From Dissulfuribacterales bacterium (lineage in GTDB: Bacteria; Desulfobacterota; Dissulfuribacteria; Dissulfuribacterales; DYLC01), in assembly GCA_041287365.1 (NCBI GenBank), contig JBEULL010000030.1, positions 11,782 to 75,781 of the forward strand: a DNA stretch of 64,000 nt, read 5' to 3'. Of this stretch, positions 43,696 through 52,603 are shown piece after piece (the first letter of the stretch is position 1; each line of letters opens with the position of its first letter). A model generated the notes under the pieces. That model saw only the letters and a program-made list of their open reading frames with translations. It was not told where the DNA came from and ran no database searches. The position numbers were made by a program, and so were the translations under genes.

Positions 43696-46600
43696 CAAGT
43701 TCTTTATCATCTGCACTGTATCCAATACCGCATTCAAACCCTTACCCTGCAAAGGGACCATCAGACGACCGTCCGGCAGCAGACGCCAGGTCTTGTGCTT
43801 GGGCAGGGCCGATAGCACGCCATTTAGATTTACAGGCCCCTCCGGACCATATGTGAGGACAAGCATATCCTGCTCCTTCACTCTGCTTTTGTCCAGACGG
43901 CTACAGTTCATTGCAACCAAGACCCGCTTTATTGCCATAAGCTGTAAGAGTGTGGTAACCTCTTGAGGATATTCACCGAAACGATCCGTCAATTCCCGCT
44001 CGAACTCGGCAGCCTCATCCTCGCTCTCTATACGGCTGAGTCTGCGGTACAGTCTGAGCCTTTCTTCGATATCTGGGCAATATTCCTCAGGGATGAAGGC
44101 AGAGACCCCGAGGTTGACCTCGGGATCGAACACCCGCTTGATAGGCTGCCCTTTGATCTCCTGCACCGCCTCTTCCAGAATATTCAAGTAAAGCTCATAA
44201 CCCACCTCGGCTATCTGACCCGATTGCGACATGCCTATGATATTACCGGCCCCCCGCATCTGCAGGTCTTCCATGGCCAAAGCGAAACCGCCGCCAGAAG
44301 AGATGGAATCCATCACCGCCTTGATGCGCTTCAACGCCCCTTTTTCTGTGTGTGCACCGGGCGGCACAAAAAAATAGGCATAGGCCTGCTCGGTGGAACG
44401 GCCCACTCGGCCTCTAAGCTGATAGAGCTCGGCAACACCAAACAGATCGGCCCTGTCTATAAGGATGGTGTTGGCCGCAGGTATATCGATACCCGATTCG
44501 ATGATGGCGGTGCAGACCAGACAATCGATTTCACCACGCACGAACCTAATCATTACATCCTCCAACTGGGACGCATCCATTTGACCATGGGCCACCTCCA
44601 CTCTTATACCAGGCACAAGGGTTCTTACATGCTCCGCCAACCGCTCGATACCCTGTATGCGGTTTCGCACAAAAAATATCTGGCCGTTTCGTTCCAGTTC
44701 CCTTTTAATGGCCTGAGAGATGATGGTATCGTCAAACTCTGCCACAAAGGTCTTGATGGGCAGACGGTCCTGAGGCGGCGTTTTTATTATGGACATATCC
44801 CGTAAACCCAGCAAGGAAAGCTGTAATGTGCGTGGAATGGGTGTAGCGGTCAGGGTCAGACAATCTATGTGCTGTTTGAGCCCTTTTAGTTTTTCCTTGT
44901 GTTTTACGCCGAAACGGTGCTCCTCATCCACAACCAACAGGCCAAGCGACCTAAACTGCACATCCTTCTGAAGGAGTCTGTGAGTCCCTATGACTATATC
45001 AATCTGGCCGCTTGCCAGACCTGTCAAGGTCTCTTTTATCTGCCTTGGAGACTTTAATCGGTTAAGCGCCGCTATCCGCACGGGAAATTTCTCGAATCTT
45101 GCCTTGAAACTGCGTTCGTGCTGTTCCGCCAACAAAGTGGTGGGCACGAGCACGGCCACCTGTTTGCCATCGGAAACGGCCTTGAAGGCAGCCCGCATCA
45201 CCACCTCGGTCTTGCCGTAACCCACATCCCCACAGATCAATCGATCCATGGGCACCGGACTCTGCATGTCTTTGAGCACATCCTCGATGGCGCTGGCCTG
45301 ATCCGGAGTCTCATCATAGGGGAAGGCCGCCTCGAACTGCCTGTACATGGCGTCCGGCTCCGAAAATACGATACCCTCCTGCACTTGCCTCCTTGCATAG
45401 AGCTCCACCAGTTCATGGGCTACCTCATAGACAGCCTTTCGCACCTTCTTTTGTTTGAGCTGCCAGGCCGAACCTCCCAGTTTATCCAGAGCTGGTTCTC
45501 GGCCATCGATGCCCACATACCTCTGAACAAGTCCCAGACGGTCCACGGGCAGGTACAGCCTGTCACCGTCTCTGTATTCGATATAAAGGAACTCGCCCTG
45601 CACACCTTGCAGGTCCATACGCACCAATCCCTTGTAACGACCCACACCATAATCCCTGTGCACTATCAGACTTTCGTGAGTGATATCCAGGGATACGACA
45701 TCGGCCAATTTGGTCCTTTTATCAGCTTTTCGTGTAGCCTTCTTGCCTTTTGCAAAGGGCCTACCTCCAAAGAGCTCATCCTCGGAGATGACGATCAATT
45801 CAGCAGCCGGCGAATAAAATCTTTTGGAAGGACTGCCCACAAAAAGAGATATGGCGCCGGCAGGAGGTGCATAGTCCAAGATTTCGTTTTCAGCGCGCAG
45901 GGAAATCCGTGATGTCTTTGGTTCCTGCTCCGCGTAATAACCAAGAAGCGACAACAACCTGTCCCTGTGCAGAATGGAGCGTGCAAAAACCGCCACACGT
46001 TTTCCCTCACGGGCCCATTCAGCCAGAGTATGCCATACAGGCCGCAGGAGTTCTTCTCCCACATGATGAAACACGGGCACAGGCAGGGACGGAGTAACCA
46101 CCAGCGATTCAATGGCATGAACCCGAGATGTCGAGTGGCACTGCAAGACCTGCTCCCCTTGGGCGATTTTTGCCTCACCTTGCCTCTCGATTCCAATCGC
46201 TGAAAAACTTAACGTTGCGCAGGCATGCACTCGATTGAAAACCACGTCAGGCGGCAAAACCAGGGCAGACAATTCGGACAGGACGTGAAAGGATGCACGG
46301 GCGGATTCATAGGCATGCCTTGCAGTCTCCCAAAAGGCATACAAGCCATTGTACACCTCTTCATATCCATCCATGACAAATAGAGTATGCTCAGGCAAAT
46401 AATCCAAAACAGTGCTGTTGCCGTCATAAAAAATTGGCAGTAAAGATTGAGCCCCTTCCCAGAACCGCCGTGACTCCAAAAGCTCCATCCACTCGGTCAA
46501 CTGACGGGCAGGCCAATCCATGAGGCGGGCCTGCTGAATCATGGCATCCTGAACCTTTTTTATCAAATCATCCTCGAATAACAGCTCCGAACAAGGTAAC

Positions 46601-47274
46601 ACAGTGAACTCTGTAAGGGGATCACTGGACTTCTGAGTTAAGGGGTCGAAATAATGCATCTCCTCCACAAAATCCCCAAAGAAATCCAGACGTACAGGAA
46701 ATAGGCTGTTACAGGGATAAACATCGAGGATTCCGCCACGCAAACTGAATTGTCCGACAGACTGGACTATCGGTACGTTTTCATAACCCACCTTCAGCAG
46801 CCAGGACACCAGAGCATCCCGATCCGTTTCCTCACCGGTCTGAATATATTCCACATTCCTGCTCAGAACAGTCCTGGGCACAGTGGGCTCACATAAGGCC
46901 TGAACAGGAACAACGAGCAGAAAAGGCTCACGGCTTACAGCCAGTTGATACAATACCGAGATGCGCTGAATGACAGTCTCAACGGCCGGAACAATGGGAA
47001 CAAAAGGCAGATTTTCATGAGAAGGAAACAACAAGACAGGATAATCCGTAAAACATGCGAGGTCGGCACACACCCTTTCAGCATCTTTCAAACCATTCGT
47101 CAACCATACCAGGGGTCGATGTATCTTCTGAAAGATATGGGCCGCGCACCAGGCTGCAGCGGCCTTTTCCATGCCTGTTACAGAGACCTTGACATCTCCG
47201 TGACCCTGCAATAAATCCACTAAGGAATCAAACACACAATCCGCCTTTGTATGAATAAACAACAAGGCAGACAC
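43693..47274 (-). CDS. mfd: Transcription-repair coupling factor
   Basis: UvrB-like N-terminus, VHRDYGVG, CGDVGYGKTEV, DEEHRFG, TATPIPRT, QLRGRVGRS, TRCF domain. Confidence 0.97.
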   Translation of the reverse strand: MSALLFIHTKADCVFDSLVDLLQGHGDVKVSVTGMEKAAAAWCAAHIFQKIHRPLVWLTNGLKDAERVCADLACFTDYPVLLFPSHENLPFVPIVPAVETVIQRISVLYQLAVSREPFLLVVPVQALCEPTVPRTVLSRNVEYIQTGEETDRDALVSWLLKVGYENVPIVQSVGQFSLRGGILDVYPCNSLFPVRLDFFGDFVEEMHYFDPLTQKSSDPLTEFTVLPCSELLFEDDLIKKVQDAMIQQARLMDWPARQLTEWMELLESRRFWEGAQSLLPIFYDGNSTVLDYLPEHTLFVMDGYEEVYNGLYAFWETARHAYESARASFHVLSELSALVLPPDVVFNRVHACATLSFSAIGIERQGEAKIAQGEQVLQCHSTSRVHAIESLVVTPSLPVPVFHHVGEELLRPVWHTLAEWAREGKRVAVFARSILHRDRLLSLLGYYAEQEPKTSRISLRAENEILDYAPPAGAISLFVGSPSKRFYSPAAELIVISEDELFGGRPFAKGKKATRKADKRTKLADVVSLDITHESLIVHRDYGVGRYKGLVRMDLQGVQGEFLYIEYRDGDRLYLPVDRLGLVQRYVGIDGREPALDKLGGSAWQLKQKKVRKAVYEVAHELVELYARRQVQEGIVFSEPDAMYRQFEAAFPYDETPDQASAIEDVLKDMQSPVPMDRLICGDVGYGKTEVVMRAAFKAVSDGKQVAVLVPTTLLAEQHERSFKARFEKFPVRIAALNRLKSPRQIKETLTGLASGQIDIVIGTHRLLQKDVQFRSLGLLVVDEEHRFGVKHKEKLKGLKQHIDCLTLTATPIPRTLQLSLLGLRDMSIIKTPPQDRLPIKTFVAEFDDTIISQAIKRELERNGQIFFVRNRIQGIERLAEHVRTLVPGIRVEVAHGQMDASQLEDVMIRFVRGEIDCLVCTAIIESGIDIPAANTILIDRADLFGVAELYQLRGRVGRSTEQAYAYFFVPPGAHTEKGALKRIKAVMDSISSGGGFALAMEDLQMRGAGNIIGMSQSGQIAEVGYELYLNILEEAVQEIKGQPIKRVFDPEVNLGVSAFIPEEYCPDIEERLRLYRRLSRIESEDEAAEFERELTDRFGEYPQEVTTLLQLMAIKRVLVAMNCSRLDKSRVKEQDMLVLTYGPEGPVNLNGVLSALPKHKTWRLLPDGRLMVPLQGKGLNAVLDTVQMIKNL

Positions 47275-47321
47275 ACGGGTCTGCCTTGCAACAAAAATTT
47301 TTTACAGGTTACCACCAATTT

Positions 47322-47501
47322 TGATTGTCTCGTAAAAAGTCATTTTGGATGGATGGCTAAACAAAAAGCGCCAAATGCAAGGCACGCACATTAATGTAAC
47401 ATATTAAATGTTGGACTAAGGTTAATTTATCACAATCAAACATTAAAAATTTAACATTAATCATTTGCAATTGCAGTCATCGAATTTTTGCAACGCCATC
47501 A
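47322..47501 (+). repeat. Intergenic TIR/heptamer element copy D
   Basis: TGATTGTCTCGTAAAAAGTC ... GAATTTTTGCAACGCCATCA (14/20 inverted); shared ATGGCT..CAAAAAGCGCCAAATGCAAGGC segment; degenerate heptamer arms. Confidence 0.9.
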
Positions 47502-47504
47502 GTT

Positions 47505-48155
47505 CTATGGCCTTAAAAAGGCTGACCAGGCACCGGATTCATTCTGCAGCTCTATCCAACCGCCCTTGCCCAACATGCCTGGATTTATAATGACGGTTCT
47601 GCCGATTCTGTCCAATGACCTGGCCTCATGAATGTGACCGGTCAGACAGAAATCGGGCTGAATACGCTCTATGAACTCGCGGACCGCCTTGCTGCCCACA
47701 TGCATACCATTTGAGATTCTATCCGCGGCAGTATCGTAAGGTGGGGCATGGGACACCATGATCTTGATGCGGGCATGACTTACTGTTGCATGACCCTGTT
47801 CCAATAATAGGCCAATTTCATCCTCCGAGAATTCCGTAGGTGTGTTGAAAGGTGTGGGATTGGAACCGCCTACTCCAAACACCCCCACATCTTCAAATAA
47901 AAAACCCCTGCCATGCAGATTGATGCCCAATTCATTCAAATAGGTCATGACAGAGACATCATCCAGATTGCCCGGCTGGGCATATATGTTGGGATTTATA
48001 TCGCGAATAGCAGAGATTACTTGATGAGCTGCTTCATGATTTCCAAAATTGGTCAAATCTCCTGTCACGATTACCATATCAGCACCTGCAAGGCCGGAAA
48101 CGGCCTGCAATGCACCATATTCCATGTGAATGTCACCAAACGCTATGATTTTCAT
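47505..48155 (-). CDS. Calcineurin-like metallophosphoesterase
   Basis: GDIH, TGDLT, PGNLD, SHAPP, TGHIHE, NPG; GGAGG SD before MKIIAF. Confidence 0.92.
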   Translation of the reverse strand: MKIIAFGDIHMEYGALQAVSGLAGADMVIVTGDLTNFGNHEAAHQVISAIRDINPNIYAQPGNLDDVSVMTYLNELGINLHGRGFLFEDVGVFGVGGSNPTPFNTPTEFSEDEIGLLLEQGHATVSHARIKIMVSHAPPYDTAADRISNGMHVGSKAVREFIERIQPDFCLTGHIHEARSLDRIGRTVIINPGMLGKGGWIELQNESGAWSAFLRP

Positions 48156-48187
48156 ACTACCACCTCCTGTTTTCCAATACCCGCGGC

Positions 48188-48580
48188 TCATGATGCCCTG
48201 TCCAACTGAATGATCAACGGAATGACATTTACCTTGGGTGCATATGGTGTGGTCCGGCCCAATGACCACTCCACTACACGATAGCCGTTTCCCAGCCGCT
48301 GCCCTATTTTCTCAACCGTTCCCTTGATATCTATGACGGGATGACGCTCCATAACCTGCGGCAGTCCATAAGTCAGACTGCATGCCATGCACTTGCCCGG
48401 CCGCTCCGTCAGCCGGTACTCCAGTACCAGTCTGCTTTTTTCCGCTTCAAACGAAACAAACGCCAAGGCAATATCGAACGCCCCCTCCTCGGCACCGCCA
48501 TAAAGGGCATCGAAGAACTGGTCGTCCCTGCCCCTTGGAAAAAGTTCCTGCAAAAAACCCTCTGTAAAAAGCTCTTTCAT
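48188..48580 (-). CDS. Conserved hypothetical protein with CxxC
   Basis: 130 aa; FFDALYG.AEEGAFDI and RPGKCMACSLTYGLPQV..RHP motifs recalled from deltaproteobacterial hypotheticals. Confidence 0.8.
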   Translation of the reverse strand: MKELFTEGFLQELFPRGRDDQFFDALYGGAEEGAFDIALAFVSFEAEKSRLVLEYRLTERPGKCMACSLTYGLPQVMERHPVIDIKGTVEKIGQRLGNGYRVVEWSLGRTTPYAPKVNVIPLIIQLDRAS

Positions 48581-48783
48581 GACTTATCCTCTCGATGGCA
48601 TTTTTTATGCTTTGACAAAATAGAATATCCGTGTTTTTAATCGAAAAAACAGGAACTGGTCAACCCCCAAAGAAATAAAGGCGAAACTCTCGAAAAAATA
48701 ACCCCATATTCCACATGACAACCGCCCATAACATACAAAAATGTCGAGCAGGAAAGAAAAATGTCGGGACCAGGCAAACTGCT

Positions 48784-49170
48784 ATGAAATTCATCTTTGT
48801 GACCGTGCTGGCGGCCGGATTCCTATTGTCTCACACATTCGGTTCCTTTGCAGAGGAACAGCCAGCAGGGCAAAAAGACTCAGGTCCAGCACAGCTTCTG
48901 CCGGTGAACACCCTGACAAAACCTGCTGAAAAGACGCAGGAACCGGACAATGTACAGATGCCTGACAAAGACCCTGAAGATACCTCATGGCAGAGCATAA
49001 AAATAAACAAATCAGCAAGTGATGCACCCGCAGCAAACAACAGTTGCCCCTGTGACAGCACTGGAGTGCGTTCACGGCTGATTCGCATGGGAGATATGTC
49101 AGAAAACAGCGGCCCAGGCTATGGCGGCAGGGGAATGAGGGGTGGAGGCATGGGCAGAGGGAGACGCTGA
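48784..49170 (+). CDS. Secreted low-complexity protein with Gly/Arg-rich tail
   Basis: Signal peptide MKFIFV..SFA; CPC; GPGYGGRGMRGGGMGRGRR; TTGACA-N18-TTTAAT upstream at 48612-48641. Confidence 0.6.
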   Translation: MKFIFVTVLAAGFLLSHTFGSFAEEQPAGQKDSGPAQLLPVNTLTKPAEKTQEPDNVQMPDKDPEDTSWQSIKINKSASDAPAANNSCPCDSTGVRSRLIRMGDMSENSGPGYGGRGMRGGGMGRGRR

Positions 49171-49182
49171 CCTTCCCTTATG

Positions 49183-49809
49183 TCATCCCCACAATCTTGC
49201 AGTTAGGTTGGCCACATACTCCCCTTGAAAACGTGCACCTGCCAGTTCGTTTTCACTGGGCATACGCCTGCCGTCCTCGCCTGCTATGGTGGAAGCCCCG
49301 TAAGGTGAGCAGCCCGTCACCTCTTTCGAGGTCATCTGCGCCGAAAAGGTATATGGAAGCCCCGCGATTATCATACCGTGGTGCAACAGAGTGATATGAA
49401 AACTCAGAATAGTGGACTCCTGACCACCGTGCTGAGTGTTGGAACTGGTGATCACGCTGCCCACCTTGCCCACCAATGCACCTTTTTGCCAGATGTTACC
49501 GGTGGAGTCCAAAAACTGACGCATCTGACCGCACATATTGCCAAAACGCGTAGGGGTTCCGAAGATGACGGCGTGGGCATCACTCAATTCATTTAAACTG
49601 CAAACAGGTATCACCTCCTGTTCTTTTTGGGGCTGGACTGCACCCATCTTTTCAATGACCTCGCCTGGCAAGGTTTCCGGCACCCTGCGCATAACCGCCT
49701 CCACACCGGTAACCCGTTGAACCCCCTCCGCCGCTGCCTGTATCATACGATACACATGACCATACAGAGAATAATAGACCAGCAAGACCTTCACTGATGA
49801 AACACCCAT
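49183..49809 (-). CDS. wrbA: NAD(P)H:quinone oxidoreductase WrbA
   Basis: YYSLYGH, GTPTRFGNM, QHGGQEST, SPYGAST. Confidence 0.95.
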   Translation of the reverse strand: MGVSSVKVLLVYYSLYGHVYRMIQAAAEGVQRVTGVEAVMRRVPETLPGEVIEKMGAVQPQKEQEVIPVCSLNELSDAHAVIFGTPTRFGNMCGQMRQFLDSTGNIWQKGALVGKVGSVITSSNTQHGGQESTILSFHITLLHHGMIIAGLPYTFSAQMTSKEVTGCSPYGASTIAGEDGRRMPSENELAGARFQGEYVANLTARLWG

Positions 49810-49820
49810 GAGCTGCCTCC

Positions 49821-51113
49821 TTACAATCGCCAATACCGGCAATCTGAAAACTCCTGTCTTTGAAACAAGCCCTTGACATCCACCACAACACCGCCGTTTT
49901 TACCCTGATTCTTCAACATATTTCTGATGAAACCCGAGCCGGCCTGCTTGAAAACACCGTGGGCCACGGCGATAATCACTCCATCCTGTTCCACGGGCGG
50001 CTCATGCAATAACTCTATGGAATACTCACGTTTTGCATCCTCCCTGTCCGCAACCGGATCAAAAACCACTGGTTGCATGCCATATTCCCGCAATTCATTC
50101 AGGATGTCCACCACCCTTGTATTGCGTATATCAGGGCAATTCTCCTTAAAAGACAGGCCCAGAACAGCCACCCTGGCACCGTCCACACGTACTCCAGCGC
50201 GAATCAACTCCTTTACGGCACACTGAGCCACATAAGTACCCATGGAATCGTTTATACGCCTACCTGCCAAAATCACCTCCGGATGATAACCAAGCTTTTG
50301 TGCACAGTGAGTAAGATAATAGGGATCCACGCCGATACAGTGCCCTCCCACCAATCCAGGCTTAAACGGAAGAAAATTCCATTTGGTTGAAGCTGCCTTT
50401 AATACCTCTTGAGTGTCCAGGCCCAGCCTGTGAAAGATGAGGGCCAACTCGTTCATAAAGGCTATATTCAGGTCCCGCTGCGCATTCTCGATAACCTTGG
50501 CCGCTTCAGCGGTCTTGATTCCTAAAACAGGATAAACACCTGCTGTCGCCACGAGCGAATAAATACGCTTCAACCGCTCCAGTATCTTCTCATCCTGAGC
50601 AGCCACAATCTTTACGATAGTTTGCAGAGTGTGTTCCATATCGCCTGGATTGATGCGTTCGGGCGAATAGCCCAGATAGAAATCCTTACCGCAACGCAGG
50701 CATGAAACCTCTTCCAGAACAGCAGCGCAGACGTCCTCCGTGACACCCGGATATACAGTGGACTCATACACCACCACAGCGCCCTTCTGAAGATGATGGC
50801 CGATGAGACGTGAAGCTGAAATCAGATGTGAGAGGTCAGGCTGCTTGCTGGCGTCGATGGGAGTCGGCACAGCCACGATAATCACACTGGCCCTGCGCAA
50901 TTGGGCCGCATCGGTGGTAAATGTAAGATGCCCTGCACTAGCAAAATCCTGTTGCGATACCTGACCGGTGGTATCCTGACATGCCTTGTAACGGCGAATC
51001 TTTTCTTCGGACAGGTCAAAACCTATAGTCTCGATCTTTTTGCCGAAAGAAACAGCAAGAGGGAGACCGACATATCCTAAACCAACTACGGCGACTGTCT
51101 CATGAACATTCAT
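49821..51113 (-). CDS. Nucleotide-sugar (UDP-HexNAc) dehydrogenase, WbpO/TviB family
   Basis: GLGYVGLPLA, YESTVYPG, YSPERINPGD, GGHCIGVDP, FKENCPDIRN. Confidence 0.95.
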   Translation of the reverse strand: MNVHETVAVVGLGYVGLPLAVSFGKKIETIGFDLSEEKIRRYKACQDTTGQVSQQDFASAGHLTFTTDAAQLRRASVIIVAVPTPIDASKQPDLSHLISASRLIGHHLQKGAVVVYESTVYPGVTEDVCAAVLEEVSCLRCGKDFYLGYSPERINPGDMEHTLQTIVKIVAAQDEKILERLKRIYSLVATAGVYPVLGIKTAEAAKVIENAQRDLNIAFMNELALIFHRLGLDTQEVLKAASTKWNFLPFKPGLVGGHCIGVDPYYLTHCAQKLGYHPEVILAGRRINDSMGTYVAQCAVKELIRAGVRVDGARVAVLGLSFKENCPDIRNTRVVDILNELREYGMQPVVFDPVADREDAKREYSIELLHEPPVEQDGVIIAVAHGVFKQAGSGFIRNMLKNQGKNGGVVVDVKGLFQRQEFSDCRYWRL

Positions 51114-51128
51114 TTACAACTCACCTCT

Positions 51129-51313
51129 TGCTGATTTCATAAAAAATCATTACCAGGAATGGCTGAACGAAAACTGCCAAATGCAAGGTGCTCAAATCAA
51201 TGTTAAATATTGAATGGTTAATGTTGAATTAAGGCTAATTTAACCACAATTTAACATTCACCATTAAAAATTAAACATTATTGTGCAGTCGGCGAGTCTT
51301 TGCGATATCATCA
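51129..51313 (+). repeat. Intergenic TIR/heptamer element copy E
   Basis: TGCTGATTTCATAAAAAATC ... GAGTCTTTGCGATATCATCA (14/20 inverted); AATGTTA AATATTG AATGGTT AATGTTG arm and TAACATT CACCATT AAAAATT AAACATT arm; terminal TCA is the FmdB-gene stop. Confidence 0.92.
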
Positions 51314-51574
51314 ACCCTTGCTATGCCCTGGTAGCTCTATGGTGGAACAACTGCCCGAGCCGCAGGAGTGGTGCTGGACTGTAGGCATACCGGAGGGACT
51401 GGTGACACGACCCGGAGCACCATCCGCTACAGCCATATTGGAAGCGCTCATAAGTTTTTGCACCTCAGGGCTCTGGCATCGAGTGCATTTGATATTTGCA
51501 ATTTCGTCTTTCTGCATCACCAATACCTCAAAAACATGATCACAACTGCTACAACGGAATTCATGTATAGGCAT
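51311..51574 (-). CDS. FmdB-family zinc-ribbon protein
   Basis: MPIHEFRCSSC.HVFE...CTRCQS..V.KLMS; AGGAGG SD. Confidence 0.9.
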   Translation of the reverse strand: MPIHEFRCSSCDHVFEVLVMQKDEIANIKCTRCQSPEVQKLMSASNMAVADGAPGRVTSPSGMPTVQHHSCGSGSCSTIELPGHSKG

Positions 51575-51583
51575 AATACCTCC

Positions 51584-52450
51584 TTATTGCTCTATCGCCG
51601 CGGCCTTGGGAATCTCCTTTTTCAGCCTGTTTTTTTTGTAACATACAAACACCAGATTCTCCACACCAAAGGCGATGGATGCCACGAGAATAATCGTAGC
51701 ACCAGTAGATATATTATAAAGATATGATAACCAGATACCACATATAGTAAAGACCAGGCTGAAAATACTTGAAAGCAACATCATACTCCAGATGGAACGG
51801 CAGTACTTCTCGGCCATGTGTGGTGGAATGGAAAAAAGAGCTATCACCAGAAGGAGCCCCACTGCACGCATGGTAATCACCACTGCACAGGTCATAAGCC
51901 CCACCAGCAAAAAATGCAAAAAAGTAACCGGCACCCCCTTAAGCAAGGCCATTTCTCTGTCATAGGAGAGCAACACAAATTGATTCCTGAACAAAAACAA
52001 GGCCAGCAGAATCAAGACATTCATGCCAGCCATCAGCCACAGCTCAGAGGTGGGAACCGCCACCATGCTGCCGAAGAGATAGGTCATGAGATCCACATTA
52101 TAGCCAGGGGTCAGATCCAATAATATGATACCTATAGCCATGCCGCCTGACCAGATGGCTCCGATGATGGCATCCGCCCTGTCCTGTTTTTTAAGAGTGA
52201 AAAACGCCATCAAAAAGGCCATGAAAAGCGAAAAACACAGAATGACTGGAAACGGTGACAATGCCAGAAAAAAGGCCAGCCCGACCCCTCCATAGGCCGC
52301 ATGGGCTATGCCTCCGGTGAACATCACCATTCTGTTCACAACGGCAAGGCTGCCCATGGAACCACAGGCCACACTGCACAAGATGCCGGCCAGTGCGGCG
52401 TTACGCATAAAATCAGGCAGTTCACGAAAAAATGCGGTTATATCAAGCAT
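51584..52450 (-). CDS. znuB: Zn/Mn ABC transporter permease
   Basis: GIAHAAYGG, DLMTYLFGS, VGLLLVIALF.IP; start ATG at 52450. Confidence 0.92.
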   Translation of the reverse strand: MLDITAFFRELPDFMRNAALAGILCSVACGSMGSLAVVNRMVMFTGGIAHAAYGGVGLAFFLALSPFPVILCFSLFMAFLMAFFTLKKQDRADAIIGAIWSGGMAIGIILLDLTPGYNVDLMTYLFGSMVAVPTSELWLMAGMNVLILLALFLFRNQFVLLSYDREMALLKGVPVTFLHFLLVGLMTCAVVITMRAVGLLLVIALFSIPPHMAEKYCRSIWSMMLLSSIFSLVFTICGIWLSYLYNISTGATIILVASIAFGVENLVFVCYKKNRLKKEIPKAAAIEQ

Positions 52451-52603
52451 GATGCCCTCACAAAAAGTCATTGTCGTGAATGGCTACGGCAAAAAACGCC
52501 AAATGCAAGGCGTGCAAATCCCGAGAAACGAGGTGTACTCAAGGTACGCAGTTACGAGGGATGCAGCACAACACAGCAGCGGCGGGTTTTTGCGATGCCA
52601 TCA
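52450..52603 (+). mobile_element. MITE-like element copy F (GC-rich core, no heptamers) with flanking direct repeat
   Basis: TGATGCCCTCACAAAAAGTC ... GGGTTTTTGCGATGCCATCA (15/20 inverted); same left 70 bp as B-E; ATCAAGCATGAT at 52442-52453 and 52600-52611. Confidence 0.85.
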
